DNA of 57,068 nt. Origin: Parvularia atlantis. Lineage: Eukaryota. How positions within the stretch are numbered: the first letter of the stretch is position 1; every line of letters begins with the position of its first letter. Below, piece by piece: positions 55,683 to 57,068 of the stretch. The stretch spans positions 1-57,068 of the forward strand of contig CALSCO010000440.1 in NCBI GenBank assembly GCA_943704415.1, given 5' to 3'. The notes under the pieces are model-generated. The model had not been told where the DNA came from. It saw only the letters and a program-made list of their open reading frames with translations, and did no database searches. The position numbers and the translations under genes are program-made.

Positions 55683-57068
55683 ATGACACGGTGGTGCACA
55701 GCGTCCGAGCACGCTCACGTCCGCGACCTTCTCTTCGCGGCCGACGCGCCGCGGCGGCGTGAGGGCGTGGCGTACGTGGCGGCGTGGACGAGCCGCGGCG
55801 CAGTGCCGCTGGCCGTCGACGCCACGGTCGCGTTCGTGGACCTGCTGCTGGCCGCGTGAGTGCGCGCCGGATGCGGGGTGGACCGAGCTGACGCCGCACC
55901 GCCTGCGCAGCGAGGACGCGCGGTCCGCGAGCGCGACGGTGCTGCGGCTGGCGCTTGCGATGGCCCTTGTGCGCTTTGTCAACGGCTTTGTCGACGCGAC
56001 GCAGCGCCGCCAGTTTGCGCAGCCCGTGGCGCACCTCGCTGAGCAGATCGGGCTGCCGGCGGCCTTTGTCGAGCTGCGCCACGAGGCGACCCACGCCGAG
56101 CTGCCGGCCCTGCCGCTGCTCGTCACGTCGGCGCAGCGGGCGCTGCAATGGCTGCACGAGCAGTACTGGGACAAGTACCACCCGATCGCGCCAGCAGCGT
56201 CGGACGGCTCGGACGCGGTGCAAGGTCTGGTGGACGTCGTGACACGGAGCGCGGTACCGCCAGGCACGGCGCAGCCGGCCAAGCGGGCGCTCGAGGCGGC
56301 CATCAAGCGGCTCAGCGCGGCCGACGTGCACGACCGGCTTGTGCCGCGCCTGCTGCAGCCCAACGCGCTGCTGGCCGCGGACGGGCCCGGGCGCTGGTGG
56401 CCTGCGCTGCAGCTGCTCGTGGCGGCGTGGCCGCAGAGCCTGCCGCGGCTGCTGCTCTCTGCGCTGCTCGCGCTGGACGAGGGCGCGGTCGGTGCGCGCA
56501 AATGCGAACCACATGAGCAGCCGTCTGACACAGGCGACCAGGGACATGCATCGAGCACGCGCTGCTGCTGTTCGCGTCGGCTGGGCTGCTGCCGCCCGTG
56601 TACGACCTGCGCGCGTGGTGTGCGAGCGAGCCGTCGTCGCCCGCGAGACAACGCGTCGCTGCGGTGCTCGATCGCGTGCCCGCACCCGTGACGCCGCAAC
56701 CGGTCTCGGCGCCCGCAGGGCGGTGGCGCGTCGCGGCACGGTGGCGGCCATGCCCGCTCGGCAGCGTGCCGCGGGCAGACGGCCGGTGCGTTGTCGACCT
56801 ACGGCTGCCGCGGACAGGCACTGCGCGGGCCGCCGACGACAGCGGCGACGACGACGAGCGGCCGCAGACCGTGTGGCGCACGAGCGACGAGTTTTTCGCC
56901 GCGGCAGGTGCGCCCGCGCCGTGCGCTGCCCCCAAGCCCTGCTGACCGCTTGCGCAGGCCTTGTGCCGCCCGCGTTGCCGGTCGCGCCGCCTCCGCCTCC
57001 GCCCGCGCCACCCAAGGCGCGCAAGACGCCCGTTGCGCCCCCGCCCGCCCCGCCCGCCCCGCCCACCC
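55683..57068 (+). CDS. LAS1: LAS1-like rRNA-processing nuclease; runs off the window end
   Basis: AWTSRGAVPLAVDAT; LAMALVRFVNGFVD; IGLPAAFVELRHEATH (HEPN RxxxxH); ALQWLHEQYW; WRPCPLG. Confidence 0.88.

Noticed and set aside
55900..56180. HEPN RxxxxH nuclease as a defence effector
   Set aside because: The context matches housekeeping LAS1, the ITS2-processing nuclease.
56960..57068. C-rich end of the window as a telomeric repeat
   Set aside because: It is irregular and reads as Pro-rich coding sequence following a LAS1 intron.

Overview
Very GC-rich, extremely compact, intron-dense eukaryotic genomic DNA. It is probably a unicellular opisthokont-like protist; this is an inference from beta-tubulin and gene content. 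The six-frame ORF track is mostly noise, because the real genes are split by short (about 50-90 nt) introns with GTGCG-type donors, CTGAC/CTCAC/CTAAC branch sites and frequent GC-AG boundaries. I spliced about 25 genes by eye: MFSD5, PABPN1, a DIS3L2-like RNase, RAD51C, MCM6, an M28 peptidase, MED16, a class II photolyase, an ankyrin protein, mitochondrial uL4, ARV1, HSBP1, ERMARD-like, an NLR-like STAND protein, HSF, a DUF1365 fusion, a MAP4K-CNH kinase, TMEM19, beta-tubulin, an SLC25A32-like carrier, a coiled-coil/SH3 protein, YEATS4 and LAS1. Most notable: (1) a decayed Fanzor/TnpB 3' end followed by a structured omegaRNA-like region at the left edge; (2) a SAM / four-helix / STAND NTPase / TPR / 3xPDZ NLR-like protein; (3) a DUF1365 / cyclopropane-synthase-like fusion; (4) a DIS3L2 with duplicated OB folds; (5) seven divergent gene pairs whose start codons are only 15-55 nt apart; (6) two 5'-truncated genes joined at a C18 tract. 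All family calls come from recalled motifs, not database searches, and exon boundaries and start codons are manual estimates.
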